A stretch of 64,000 nucleotides of DNA from Candidatus Eremiobacteria bacterium. Lineage in GTDB: Bacteria > Vulcanimicrobiota > Vulcanimicrobiia > Vulcanimicrobiales > Vulcanimicrobiaceae. Position 1 is the first letter of the stretch; each line of letters starts with the position of its first letter. Shown piece after piece: positions 31,976-40,821 of the stretch. The stretch is taken from positions 608,001-672,000 of the forward strand of contig CAVWUU010000001.1 of the NCBI GenBank assembly GCA_963758295.1, written 5' to 3'. The notes below the pieces were generated by a model. That model did not search any database. It had not been told where the DNA came from and saw only the letters and a program-made list of their open reading frames with translations. The translations under genes were made by a program, and so were the position numbers.

Positions 31976-33050
31976 CATAATAATTCGAAGCGGATCGGAC
32001 TAAGAACTCGCCGCGCTCGGAGATACCCGGCAGCGCATCTACTGCGGTACCAAACTTTCCCGGCAGAAGTGCGCGGAGATCGGCAACCCGTCCCTTCCGA
32101 TAAACAAACACGGTGTCGTTGCAGATCGAGCCGGCGCAACCACTGGTGCCGACAGTCTCTCCGCGATCGTTCAGCCCGAACGGCATGGTTGAATTGTAGC
32201 CCGGAAGAGCGGGAATCATCGTAACGCTGCGGCCGATTTCGATAAAGCCGTTCCAACGATTGAAGTCGTTCTCTTGTTCATTTACCGGATCGACGTAGCC
32301 CGTCACAGCACCGGCATCATTGATCCATGTCGCTGCCGATGCGCGCTGTCCGAAAAGCGACGTTACGGTAAGTCCGGCGCCCACGCCCGCATACGGTCCA
32401 ATCGGCGGGCTGATGACTTGCTCGACTGCGAACTGCCCACGCGCATTGATGTTGCCGATGGTGCCTCCCACACCTAAACCGCCTGCGGTCACACGGGCCG
32501 GCGGCGCCGATACGAAATAACGCACGAGCGGACTTCCACCAAGATCGTCCGGAAAATCCGAAAAACCGTAGATCGTTCCGCGCTCATCGATGACGAGCGC
32601 CTTGTTGACAATATGACGGTTGACGAGAAGTGTTCCTGGTGGATCCGGCAGATGCCCCAAATCGAAGATCCGGCCGCTCGCAAAAAGCAATGCCGTCGAA
32701 TAAACCTGATCGGCGCTCACCGCATACCCGACTGCATCGCCCCGCGGGTTCGCGAATAGCGCAACGGATTGCCGCCCCTGGAACGTTCCAAGCAGCTCGA
32801 TCGCTCCGTGGCGGTAAAGCGCCGCGACGCCGTTTGCACTGCCGGGAACGGTGCCGTCTTTCATGATTGCCGACGGGACGAACGTTGGGGGCAGTTTCTG
32901 CGCAAAGTATTCAGAGCGGACCGGAGCTAGCGCCACGGCCTCCGCTTCTCGCACGTGGACGGCGGGAAGCGTCGCGACGCTGCTTCCTCCGCACCCCGCA
33001 GGCAACAACGCCGACAGGCAACAGGCAACGCCACAAAACCAATTCCGCAT
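31953..33050 (-). CDS. Lipoprotein with HAF-like extracellular beta repeats
   Basis: Lipobox PAGC and repeated A..IN..G.V.G units (ANPRGDAVG, INDAGAVTG, LNDRGETVG). Confidence 0.65.
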   Translation of the reverse strand: MRNWFCGVACCLSALLPAGCGGSSVATLPAVHVREAEAVALAPVRSEYFAQKLPPTFVPSAIMKDGTVPGSANGVAALYRHGAIELLGTFQGRQSVALFANPRGDAVGYAVSADQVYSTALLFASGRIFDLGHLPDPPGTLLVNRHIVNKALVIDERGTIYGFSDFPDDLGGSPLVRYFVSAPPARVTAGGLGVGGTIGNINARGQFAVEQVISPPIGPYAGVGAGLTVTSLFGQRASAATWINDAGAVTGYVDPVNEQENDFNRWNGFIEIGRSVTMIPALPGYNSTMPFGLNDRGETVGTSGCAGSICNDTVFVYRKGRVADLRALLPGKFGTAVDALPGISERGEFLVRSASNYYVIEPKRP

Positions 33051-33120
33051 CTCGTCTCTCCCGCAAGACTACAATGAATAGCGTCGCACTCGTTGGGTGA
33101 AAACAGCGAGAGTAGAAGGA

Positions 33121-33281
33121 CCTGCGTTCCCCCATACTTTCGGAATTCAAGCCAGGGCAGCGGCCTAGGAAGCGTCCGCGATCCGCACGTGCGAACGTAC
33201 AAGTCCAGGCACTATGCGAGGGCGGCGCTTTGCCTGCGGTGTGAAAAGTACGCCGGCGCAAATCGAGGGGAATCCAGCGGG
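33121..33281. ncRNA. Candidate structured ncRNA (long nested hairpin, 6S-like size)
   Basis: Five nested complementary segments found by eye in a 250-bp intergenic gap. Family not identified. Confidence 0.35.
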
Positions 33282-33301
33282 AAGCGGGGATAGGAAACGT
33301 C

Positions 33302-33991
33302 GTGATACCGGTGGCGCAAATCTTTTTGCTAGCTCAAAGCGTCTGGAACGCACGGGCCGTCGCGCCGTACGAATCGTTCACGCTTCCCTGCGCGCAAACG
33401 TTTCTAGCGAACCGTTGTGAACCGGGGACGGAGGTGCGATTCGTCGTCCGCATGTCGGACGGCAAGGACGCGGTGTTCACCGTTCCGGCGCCCGGCGTCG
33501 CCGCTGTCACGCTAGAACGCGGCGGTTATATCTTCGGTCCAGCCGGTGCTCCCTTCGGATTTTATCGCGCCTCGGCCGTCGCCAGCGCGCCCGCGCCTTC
33601 GCCGCCCCCGAATCTTGCCGAAGATCCCATGCAAACAATTGCGACCGTCACGGCAGTCGATCGAGCGTATGACATTCGGTTCGCGGGGACCGTGACTGTA
33701 GACGCGCGCCCTTGCTACCATTTGGTGCTGCGCCCGCTGCGCGATCCGGGCCGCTTTCGACTACGCGAACTGTGGATTGAAGAAGGGACGTATCAAGTCG
33801 TCCGGCTCACGTACGAACAACCGTTCAACTCTACGACAGCGACCGTGCATTATGATTTCGCGCCGGCCGGAAAAGCCAATGTTTGGACGATCGTGCACAT
33901 TGATGCGGAAGCCAAACACGAAGAACCGGTTTCCGAAGACTTGCAAAACATTCAATTTTCGGACAAAGCCGAACCGGGCGAAGACCCGTAA
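33302..33991 (+). CDS. Hypothetical secreted protein (LolA/lipoprotein-sorting-like fold possible)
   Basis: Long ORF with YDI...G..YHLVL.P...RLRELWI pattern. AGGA upstream. Confidence 0.6.
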   Translation: MIPVAQIFLLAQSVWNARAVAPYESFTLPCAQTFLANRCEPGTEVRFVVRMSDGKDAVFTVPAPGVAAVTLERGGYIFGPAGAPFGFYRASAVASAPAPSPPPNLAEDPMQTIATVTAVDRAYDIRFAGTVTVDARPCYHLVLRPLRDPGRFRLRELWIEEGTYQVVRLTYEQPFNSTTATVHYDFAPAGKANVWTIVHIDAEAKHEEPVSEDLQNIQFSDKAEPGEDP

Positions 33992-34121
33992 GGGCCGACC
34001 TTTCTCAGCTCTTTTCTGAAACGGCGACTCAAGTCACCGACCGAAAAACCAGCTTTCTCGATTCCGTCAGGAAGCGAACGCTCATCAGGGGAGAGCTCCC
34101 GCCGGCTCCGTACTATAGTTT

Positions 34122-36173
34122 ATGCTCTTTACGAAATCGACCGCATTGCGCTTTAGCGCAGTGGTCGCTGCCGTTGCGTTGTTGTTTACTGACGGCTCGG
34201 TTCGTGCCGCCGTAACGAATGCCACCAGCGGCATCGACCTGAGTTCCCTCGACCGCACCTGTAAGCCGTGCACGGATTTCTTCCAGTACGCCAATGGCGG
34301 CTGGATCAAAAAGAACCCGATTCCGGCGGCTTATTCGCGCTGGGGGTCGTTCAACGTCCTCTATAACCACAACAACGATGTGCTGCATTCCATCTTGAAT
34401 CAAGCCGTCGAAGCCAAAGCTGCGCCGGGTTCCGATCAGCAGAAGATCGGCGACTACTATGCAAGTTGCATGGATACGGCTTCGATCGAGAAAGCCGGCA
34501 CCGAACCGCTGAACGAAATGTTCGAGTCGATCGACTCCATTCGCGACGTGAAGGGTCTTGCACCGGTACTCGCATCGCTGCAATTGCACGGCGTTAATGC
34601 GTTCTTCGGATTGGGCTCGAGCCCCGATCTCAAGAATAGCGATCTGGAAATCGCCTGGCTGCGGCAGGGCGGTTTGGGCATGCCGGATCGCGACTACTAC
34701 TTGAAGAGCGATGCGAAGAGCCAGGCGATCCAAAAAGCCTATGTGGGTCACGTAACGCAGATGTTCACGCTCCTTGGCGAGCCCGCGACGCAAGCATCGG
34801 CGGATGCGCAAACGGTGCTGAACATGGAGACTACGCTCGCGAAGAACGAGATGTCGCGCATAGAGCAGCGCAATCCCGAAGCGATCTACCATAAGATGAA
34901 CGTTAGCGGCGTGGAGGCCCTGGCGCCAAACATCGACTGGGATTCCTATTTCAGCACGTCCGGTGTGAGCCCCGACGCAATCAGCGTTGCGCAGCCGGAG
35001 TACTTCAAGGCATTGAACGCGAGCCTTTCGACGTGGACGACGGCGCAAATCCAAACGTACCTGCGTTGGCAGACGGTTCATGCATTTGCGACGGCGCTTC
35101 CGCAGCCGTTCGTCGATGCGAACTTTGCGTTCTACTCGTCGACGCTCTCCGGCACGACGCAGCAACTCGACCGCTGGAAGCGTTGCGTGAGCTCAACCGA
35201 TGCACAGCTCGGTGAGGCGCTTGGCCAGGCGTACGTCGCGAAGGCCTTCCCGCCGTCGGCCAAAGCGCGTGCGCTCGAACTGGTCAAGTACGTGAAGAGC
35301 ACGCTGCGCAGCGATATTCCCACACTTACGTGGATGTCGTCCGGAACAAAGGCCAAGGCAGTCGAGAAGCTTGATGCATTTGGCATCAAGATCGGCTATC
35401 CCGATCACTGGCGCGACTACAGCAGTTTGACGATCTCGCAAGGTCCATACGCGAACAACGTGATCGCAGCCAATCAATTTGCGGTGCGTTATCGCTACGA
35501 TAAGATCGGAAAGCCGGTTGACCGCAGTGAATGGGGCATGACGCCGCCGACCGTCAACGCGTATTATAGCCCGCAGGAAAACGACATCAACTTCCCCGCC
35601 GGCATTCTGCAGCCGCCGTTCTTCGATCCGAAGGCGGACATGGCGGTCAACTTCGGGGCGATCGGCGCCGTTATCGGACACGAGTCGACTCACGGCTTCG
35701 ATGATGAAGGCCGCAAGTTCGATAAGGACGGTAACCTTACCGATTGGTGGACACCGGCCGATGCTGCGAACTTCGACAAGCGCGCCAATTGCATCGTCGA
35801 TCAATTCGATGCACTCTCACCTGCACCAGGCGTCCACGAGCAGGGCAAGCTCGTCGAAGGCGAAGCGATTGCGGATCTCGGCGGCTTAACGATTGCATAT
35901 AAGGCGTTCGAACGCTGGCAATCCTCGCATCCGCGTCAGACGATCGACGGCTTCACACCGGAACAACGGTTCTTTTTGGGCTACGCCCGCGTTTGGGCCG
36001 GAACGCAACGTCCGCAAGAAGCGGCACTGCGCGCAACGGTCGATCCGCATCCTTACGATAAGTTCCGCGTGAATGCGACGCTGTCGAACATGCCGGAATT
36101 TGCCAAAGCATGGCGCTGCAAACTTCCCGAAGCAATGGTGCGCCCCGCCAAGGACCGCTGCCAAATCTGGTAG
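34122..36173 (+). CDS. M13 family metallopeptidase (neprilysin/PepO-like), secreted
   Basis: PC.DFFQYANGGW, VNAYY, GHESTHGFDD (HExxH) and GEAIADLGG motifs. Confidence 0.96.
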   Translation: MLFTKSTALRFSAVVAAVALLFTDGSVRAAVTNATSGIDLSSLDRTCKPCTDFFQYANGGWIKKNPIPAAYSRWGSFNVLYNHNNDVLHSILNQAVEAKAAPGSDQQKIGDYYASCMDTASIEKAGTEPLNEMFESIDSIRDVKGLAPVLASLQLHGVNAFFGLGSSPDLKNSDLEIAWLRQGGLGMPDRDYYLKSDAKSQAIQKAYVGHVTQMFTLLGEPATQASADAQTVLNMETTLAKNEMSRIEQRNPEAIYHKMNVSGVEALAPNIDWDSYFSTSGVSPDAISVAQPEYFKALNASLSTWTTAQIQTYLRWQTVHAFATALPQPFVDANFAFYSSTLSGTTQQLDRWKRCVSSTDAQLGEALGQAYVAKAFPPSAKARALELVKYVKSTLRSDIPTLTWMSSGTKAKAVEKLDAFGIKIGYPDHWRDYSSLTISQGPYANNVIAANQFAVRYRYDKIGKPVDRSEWGMTPPTVNAYYSPQENDINFPAGILQPPFFDPKADMAVNFGAIGAVIGHESTHGFDDEGRKFDKDGNLTDWWTPADAANFDKRANCIVDQFDALSPAPGVHEQGKLVEGEAIADLGGLTIAYKAFERWQSSHPRQTIDGFTPEQRFFLGYARVWAGTQRPQEAALRATVDPHPYDKFRVNATLSNMPEFAKAWRCKLPEAMVRPAKDRCQIW

Positions 36174-36192
36174 CCCGGCCATGCGCATAACG

Positions 36193-36226
36193 AAAACCCG
36201 CGTCGCTAGTTTGCGACGCGGGTTTT
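36193..36226. terminator. Bidirectional intrinsic terminator
   Basis: AAAACCCGCGTCGC-loop-GCGACGCGGGTTTT between convergent genes. Confidence 0.85.
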
Positions 36227-36234
36227 ACTTCTTG

Positions 36235-36591
36235 TTATGGCAGCTCGTCATCTTCGAGACCGAAGTAGTGGCCGATCTCGTGGATGACCGTCTCGTGAAT
36301 ATCTTGTATGGCCTCCTCGCGCGTCCGCGCGATACGGTTCACCGGACCACGAAAGATTGCGATTTCGTCGGGAAGCAGTGGCGGCTCGTTCATCCGCTCG
36401 ATAAGCGACACGCCGCGATAGATTCCGACGAGTTCTTCACCATCGTCTTCCAGGCTTTCGAGATCGCTCTTATCCGGCTCTTCTTCTATAAGGACGACGA
36501 CGTTCCGAATCAGATCCGTAAACTGCTTCGGGAGCGTGTCGAGCGCATCGCCAACGATTTCTTCGAATTCTTCTCGCGAAAATTCAGTCAT
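36235..36591 (-). CDS. Zincin-like minimal metallopeptidase (Zincin_1/DUF1025)
   Basis: FEEIV..ALD.LP, GIYRG, PDEIAIFRGP and HEIGHYFG motifs. Confidence 0.92.
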   Translation of the reverse strand: MTEFSREEFEEIVGDALDTLPKQFTDLIRNVVVLIEEEPDKSDLESLEDDGEELVGIYRGVSLIERMNEPPLLPDEIAIFRGPVNRIARTREEAIQDIHETVIHEIGHYFGLEDDELP

Positions 36592-36665
36592 GTGTTGTAA
36601 ATCTTTCCGAGGCGCAAAGAATCTCCAGCCGCGTTGACCGCTGCGTTTCGAGAAGCGGTTTTTCT

Positions 36666-37043
36666 ATGCCCTGGGACGCTCTCGCCGCAATCGGCTCCGT
36701 CGCTGGAGCGTTGGTTTTCCTCGTCGGCTCAATTGCAGCCGTTATCCAGATCAAGCATCTGCGTGTCGCGAGTCAGCTGGACTGCTATTTCGAGCTCATG
36801 GAAAAGCTGCATTCGCCGGAAATAGTTGAGCGGCGGAAATATATCCAAACCATCGACCTTACAGACTCTCAGGCGCTAAAACAGTATCTGGCGTATAGGC
36901 GACCGCACGATCCGACAATTGCAAAAGTCTTGGAAGAGTATCCCAAGGACTTCATCGCAGCCGCCGGTTTCGCGAACATAACCGCCGCGCCGGTCGTTAC
37001 GGGTGGGACATCGCGACCGTCATGCCGGCATTTCTTCGTGTGA
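36666..37043 (+). CDS. Small N-terminally anchored protein (DUF4760-like, probably truncated)
   Basis: WDALAAIG..TM..AAVIQIKHLR..SQL pattern. The C-terminus looks degenerate. Confidence 0.45.
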   Translation: MPWDALAAIGSVAGALVFLVGSIAAVIQIKHLRVASQLDCYFELMEKLHSPEIVERRKYIQTIDLTDSQALKQYLAYRRPHDPTIAKVLEEYPKDFIAAAGFANITAAPVVTGGTSRPSCRHFFV

Positions 37044-37052
37044 AGTGCGCCA

Positions 37053-37178
37053 CGCGCATGCGGCATTTCCATCGAAGAGCCGACCCGACGCCCTTACTGC
37101 ATGTTGCAATTGGATGCAAGCGACCCCGACGGCTATTCTTTAGCGTTCTTGCAACCGGATAAGGGATCGCCAAAATAG
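37053..37178 (+). pseudogene. C-terminal remnant of a VOC-family gene
   Basis: GISIEEPTRRPYCMLQLDASDPDGYSLAF* with no start codon. Confidence 0.55.
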
Positions 37179-37349
37179 CGGGCTGGAGACGTTAGACGGC
37201 GCGCCCAGTGTAACAACTGAGCGCGCCAAAGGCTTCTAGTTACGTGCGAGCGCCGAGTACCGGTAATATTCTAACCACTGCGTTATGGACGCACAGCGCT
37301 TCGGCGTCGCGACGACGCGACGATTTGTTATCACTTGTGCACCCGCCCG

Positions 37350-37736
37350 CTAGTTAACCGAGATCTTTTTGGGTTGCGCCGCAGGGTGACGCTCAAGCGT
37401 AATGCTCAACATGCCGTCCGCTACGGTGGCATTGATCTTGTCCGGATCGACGTCTTCAGGGATGTTAAAGGCCCGGGAGAACGTACGTCGATCGGTCTTG
37501 CCGTTCACCGAAATGATGCCGTCTTTGAGCGTCATGTCGATGCTGGAGGCGTTGAAGCCAGGAACCGGCACATCGACCATGTAGCCGCTTTCGGTGCGGG
37601 TGACTTCAAATCCGTAGTCCCAGTTGCGCATCACGCTTTGCAATGGATCGAAGCCGAACAGGCTTTGGAGGGGAGACCAGCCGCCCGGCTGGCGTGAAAC
37701 TGCATTGTCGTGGCCGTTTCGTACGAGTGTGGTCAT
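37350..37736 (-). CDS. Hsp20/alpha-crystallin small heat-shock protein
   Basis: VPGF, FSRAFNIPEDVDPDKINA..DGMLSITL and PKKI motifs. AAAGGAG RBS. Confidence 0.93.
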   Translation of the reverse strand: MTTLVRNGHDNAVSRQPGGWSPLQSLFGFDPLQSVMRNWDYGFEVTRTESGYMVDVPVPGFNASSIDMTLKDGIISVNGKTDRRTFSRAFNIPEDVDPDKINATVADGMLSITLERHPAAQPKKISVN

Positions 37737-37789
37737 GGGTCGGAATCGCTCCTTTCAAGGTGTGGGTGATCAGCACTCTTACGAGGATC

Positions 37790-37828
37790 ATTTTAGAAAA
37801 ATTGGCACTCTTGTCAAGAGACTGCTAG
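37790..37828 (-). promoter_or_regulatory. CIRCE element overlapping a sigma70 promoter for hsp20
   Basis: TTGGCACTC-N9-GACTGCTAG (37802-37828) against the consensus TTAGCACTC-N9-GAGTGCTAA. Minus-strand TTGACA (37812-17), 16 nt, TAAAAT (37790-95). Confidence 0.8.
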
Positions 37829-38145
37829 GCCAGCGGGAAGCAAGTAAGCACAGGCTTCAGAATCACTCGTTAGTCGTCGCGTAAGGCAGCCAGCCGGGTG
37901 CCTGTGGGCGCTTATCATAGCTCGGCAGGTAGAAGCGGGCGCTGGCCGATCCAACTGCGCACCTCCGGCCGTCAGACCGAGCCCAGCCGACCAGCGAATC
38001 AGCCGACGGGAGTCCGAGGAAACGAGATAAAGAAGCTCGTGCGCGTATCGTCGTATGTTCGCGCCATTCTCGAGGATGCGCGCCGTCGACGATGTGTTAA
38101 ACATGGCAAGGATGCGAGAAACTATGAACGGACAAGTGCTACCAC

Positions 38146-38485
38146 ATGCCACTTGAGATGGGCCTCGGAAGATTGCAAATGGCAACGGCCTCGCGAAGCT
38201 CGCAAAGACCAGGCTCGAGAGCGAGGAGCTGCTCGAAACGTGGATCCGATGCTGAGCTTCTGCCAAGATCTACTAATTATCGGGCGTCAAGTTAGAACGG
38301 CTCATCGCGGCATCATCGATCTCCTTGCGGTTGACTTCTTCGGAACCGTACACATCATTGAATTGAAACGCGACGAAACGCCGCGTGAAGTCGTCGCACA
38401 AGCGCTCGATTACGCGAGCTGGGTGGTGGGCCTGGAGAGCGAGGATCTGAACGAGAAGAGACTCAAGTACCGATCGACGATCTAA
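38146..38485 (+). pseudogene. NucS-like PD-(D/E)XK endonuclease pseudogene
   Basis: MPLEMGL, LESEELLETWI and LLIIGRQV..IDLLAVD..IIELKRDETPREVVAQALDYASWV lie in different frames. 3' truncated. Confidence 0.75.
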
Positions 38486-38524
38486 ACAGCAGATTTAAAG
38501 TACAGCGAATGATGTGAGACGTCT

Positions 38525-39034
38525 TCATTGCGACTGCGCCGGAACGGTGAAGCGAACGCTTCGGAAAGGACTTGTCGTACTGCACGTTGCGCACTGGACG
38601 AGGACTTTGACCGGTACAAACGATTTGTCTACGAGGAACATGGCGACTTGCCGCGCCGCTGCTCCTTGTTGAATATTTAGATTCGCGTTGGTAATTTCGC
38701 TCGACGGGACTTGAACGCTGACATCGTCCTTGTCCGCTAACGTGTAGTTCACTAGGTCAATGAACGGCGTGTGCAGCCCGTTTCGCAATAGAATGGTCAT
38801 CACGAGGACCTTCTGGTCCGGCGAGGGAGCCAGCCGGCTCGGGTTGTCGTCTGCGGTCGCTTCGCGAAGCTCCGCGATCTTTATGCGAAGCGCGCCGTTG
38901 AAGACTGTGTCGCCCACCTTTCCCGAAACTGCGCGCACTTGGTTTGCGCCGCCCGGAATCGGCGTCGCAGCACGTACGCCGCCGATGCATAGCGTGACGA
39001 GTGCGACACATAGAAGGCCGTTATGACGAAACAT
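38525..39034 (-). CDS. Hypothetical secreted Ig-like (DUF4352-like) protein with C-terminal CxxC
   Basis: Signal peptide ending VRA. GGAGA precedes ATG 39034. Confidence 0.6.
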   Translation of the reverse strand: MFRHNGLLCVALVTLCIGGVRAATPIPGGANQVRAVSGKVGDTVFNGALRIKIAELREATADDNPSRLAPSPDQKVLVMTILLRNGLHTPFIDLVNYTLADKDDVSVQVPSSEITNANLNIQQGAAARQVAMFLVDKSFVPVKVLVQCATCSTTSPFRSVRFTVPAQSQ

Positions 39035-39343
39035 TGCAGTTCTCCATCGAAGAGTTTGATGAAGTTTCAGGGGCGTGGATTGAACGGATAGCTGACGTGA
39101 ATCGACCAGGTCGCGCGCATTCGTGACGAACAATCGTCTACCGATGCCCACTTCGTCGATCGAACCCCGCCAATCGTTTTGACCGCTGCCCCATAAGGTG
39201 CTCGTCGAGCTGAACGCCCGATGCCCTTATCCTACGACTATTGCGGCGATTCGTCTGAAGCCCTATGGACAGAGTACGCGGTACAGCGTTCGCTTGCGAG
39301 CGACCGAATGCTCTCCCGGCGAATAACGATCGCCTAGTTCGCG

Positions 39344-39689
39344 TTATGGCAACTCGTCGTCTTCTAGACCGAAATAGTGGCCGATCTCGTGAATAACGGT
39401 GTCATGAATCTCTCGCACCGCTTCGTCGCGCGTGCGCGCGACCCGGCTTACCGCGGAAGATCGCAATTTCGTCGGGCATCAACGGTGGTTCGTTCATTCG
39501 TTCGATAAGCGAAACGCCACGAAAGATGCCCACAAGCTCTTCGCTATCGTCTTCAATACTCTCGAGATCCTCGTCACTCGGCTCGTCTTCAATGGTGACG
39601 ACGACATTATCGAGGAACGGGGCGAATCGCTCCGAGATCGTATCGAGCGGGTCGCTTACAATCCTTTCGAACTCTTCTCGCGAGATCAA
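39344..39689 (-). pseudogene. Diverged duplicate of the zincin gene with a 5-bp frameshifting deletion
   Basis: Aligns end to end with 36235-36591. Frame breaks after IFRG; HEIGHYFGLEEDELP* continues in another frame. Confidence 0.85.
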
Positions 39690-40504
39690 GGTCGAGTTAC
39701 CTCACAGCCGAGAAACGCGAACGACCAACACGGAAACAAAACGGCAAATGCAAATAGGAGGCCTGAACGTTACATTCCCGACCTCCGCGTTTTTTATGTG
39801 AAGCAAACTCTGGCACGTGAAGGCAAGCGTCTTCGCTTCCGTTCACTTGGCCTTTCACGAGCCCGGTAAGGAACGCGTGTCCGTCTAGTTTCATGTCGCC
39901 TTCAACGATACCAGCAAGGAAAACTACCGAATCGGCTTCGGCTGACACGCTACCCTTGACGCACTTTTAGTGGAGCGTCTCCACCAGATTCGACCCATCC
40001 AAACCGAGAACCGATATGGTTATGGTGCAATACTCCCACAAGGCTGTCTGACAGCGGGAGGGTGTAAGGTCTGCGCAAAACGACCGCTCCGATGATGTGG
40101 TTCGCCCCGCGACTAGGCTTTGCGCGTCGGCTTTTTGTACTAGCCACGTTGCTGCTTGTGCCAACGATTGTTTTGTACGTGTGGCGGGCATTCGTGCCCC
40201 GATATTATTCTGGTCCGTTGTCCGTGCGGCTCGGCGTACTTGTAACGGACGGAACGTTAGATTTACTCGAAAGACGCACGATTTTCTAACCTTTTGCCGC
40301 GAATAGCTCCTGAAACAAGTTCTAACATCGAAAACCGCTCTCGAAAACGCGGCCTAGCTGGGAGGGGGATGACTCGCAGCAGCGGGTCCCATAGCCATGC
40401 TGTCTGGCCACGACGTCGCCTTGTCACGCCTCTCAAATCTAACGAGACGGCGGAATGCGCGAAGAGTTGGGAACGATGAGGAAAACGTGACATGTAGAAC
40501 GTCT

Positions 40505-40625
40505 CGGCATGGGTGATATTGCGTTCATCTGCCCACCGAACGAACGGCATCAGTTGCGAGTTGTAAGGCTCAATGGTTGCCTGGGTGCATCCGGCGATGC
40601 GACGGTCCAAGAGGAACATTTTCAC
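40505..40625 (-). pseudogene. N-terminal (SAM-like) stub of a tyrosine recombinase
   Basis: FLLDRRIAGCTQATIEPYNSQLMPFVRW matches the FL..r..g.s..T...Y...L..F..W pattern. Adjacent to the att copy. Confidence 0.55.
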
Positions 40626-40727
40626 CGCCGAATGAGCCCCGGGGTTGACCGCCCCTTACTTTTCAAAATCCCTGACCCCTTAGTTGAAAGAGTTGGGAAC
40701 TTTCGGGCAACTGAGCAATCCGTTTAA

Positions 40728-40764
40728 AAATGAAGAATGACCGCCATTTCTAGCGGTCATTCTC
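40728..40764 (-). terminator. Terminator hairpin downstream of the duplicated tRNA 3' end
   Basis: GAATGACCGC/GCGGTCATTC inverted repeat followed on the minus strand by CTTCATTTTT. Confidence 0.6.
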
Positions 40765-40768
40765 CTAC

Positions 40769-40821
40769 TTGGTGGAGATGAGGAGACTCGAACTCCTGAC
40801 CCCTTACATGGGAAGCAAGTG
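40769..40821 (-). repeat. att direct repeat: 3' part of tRNA-Ala
   Basis: 53 bp identical to 43434-43486 except one mismatch at the anticodon position. Confidence 0.95.

Noticed and set aside
33089..33290. c-di-AMP (ydaO), cobalamin or SRP RNA identity for the structured gap
   Set aside because: Only short partial words match (TGGGTGAA, GGGAAG). The diagnostic CCCGTCAGCTAAC and CAGG..GGAAGGAAGCAGC motifs are missing.
39976..39986. GTCTCCACCA resembling a tRNA-Ala 3' end
   Set aside because: Only about 9 bp, in the opposite orientation, with no T-arm upstream; compatible with chance.
40769..40821. Second tRNA gene with a CCC anticodon
   Set aside because: The 5' acceptor strand and D-arm are absent; this is an att duplication.
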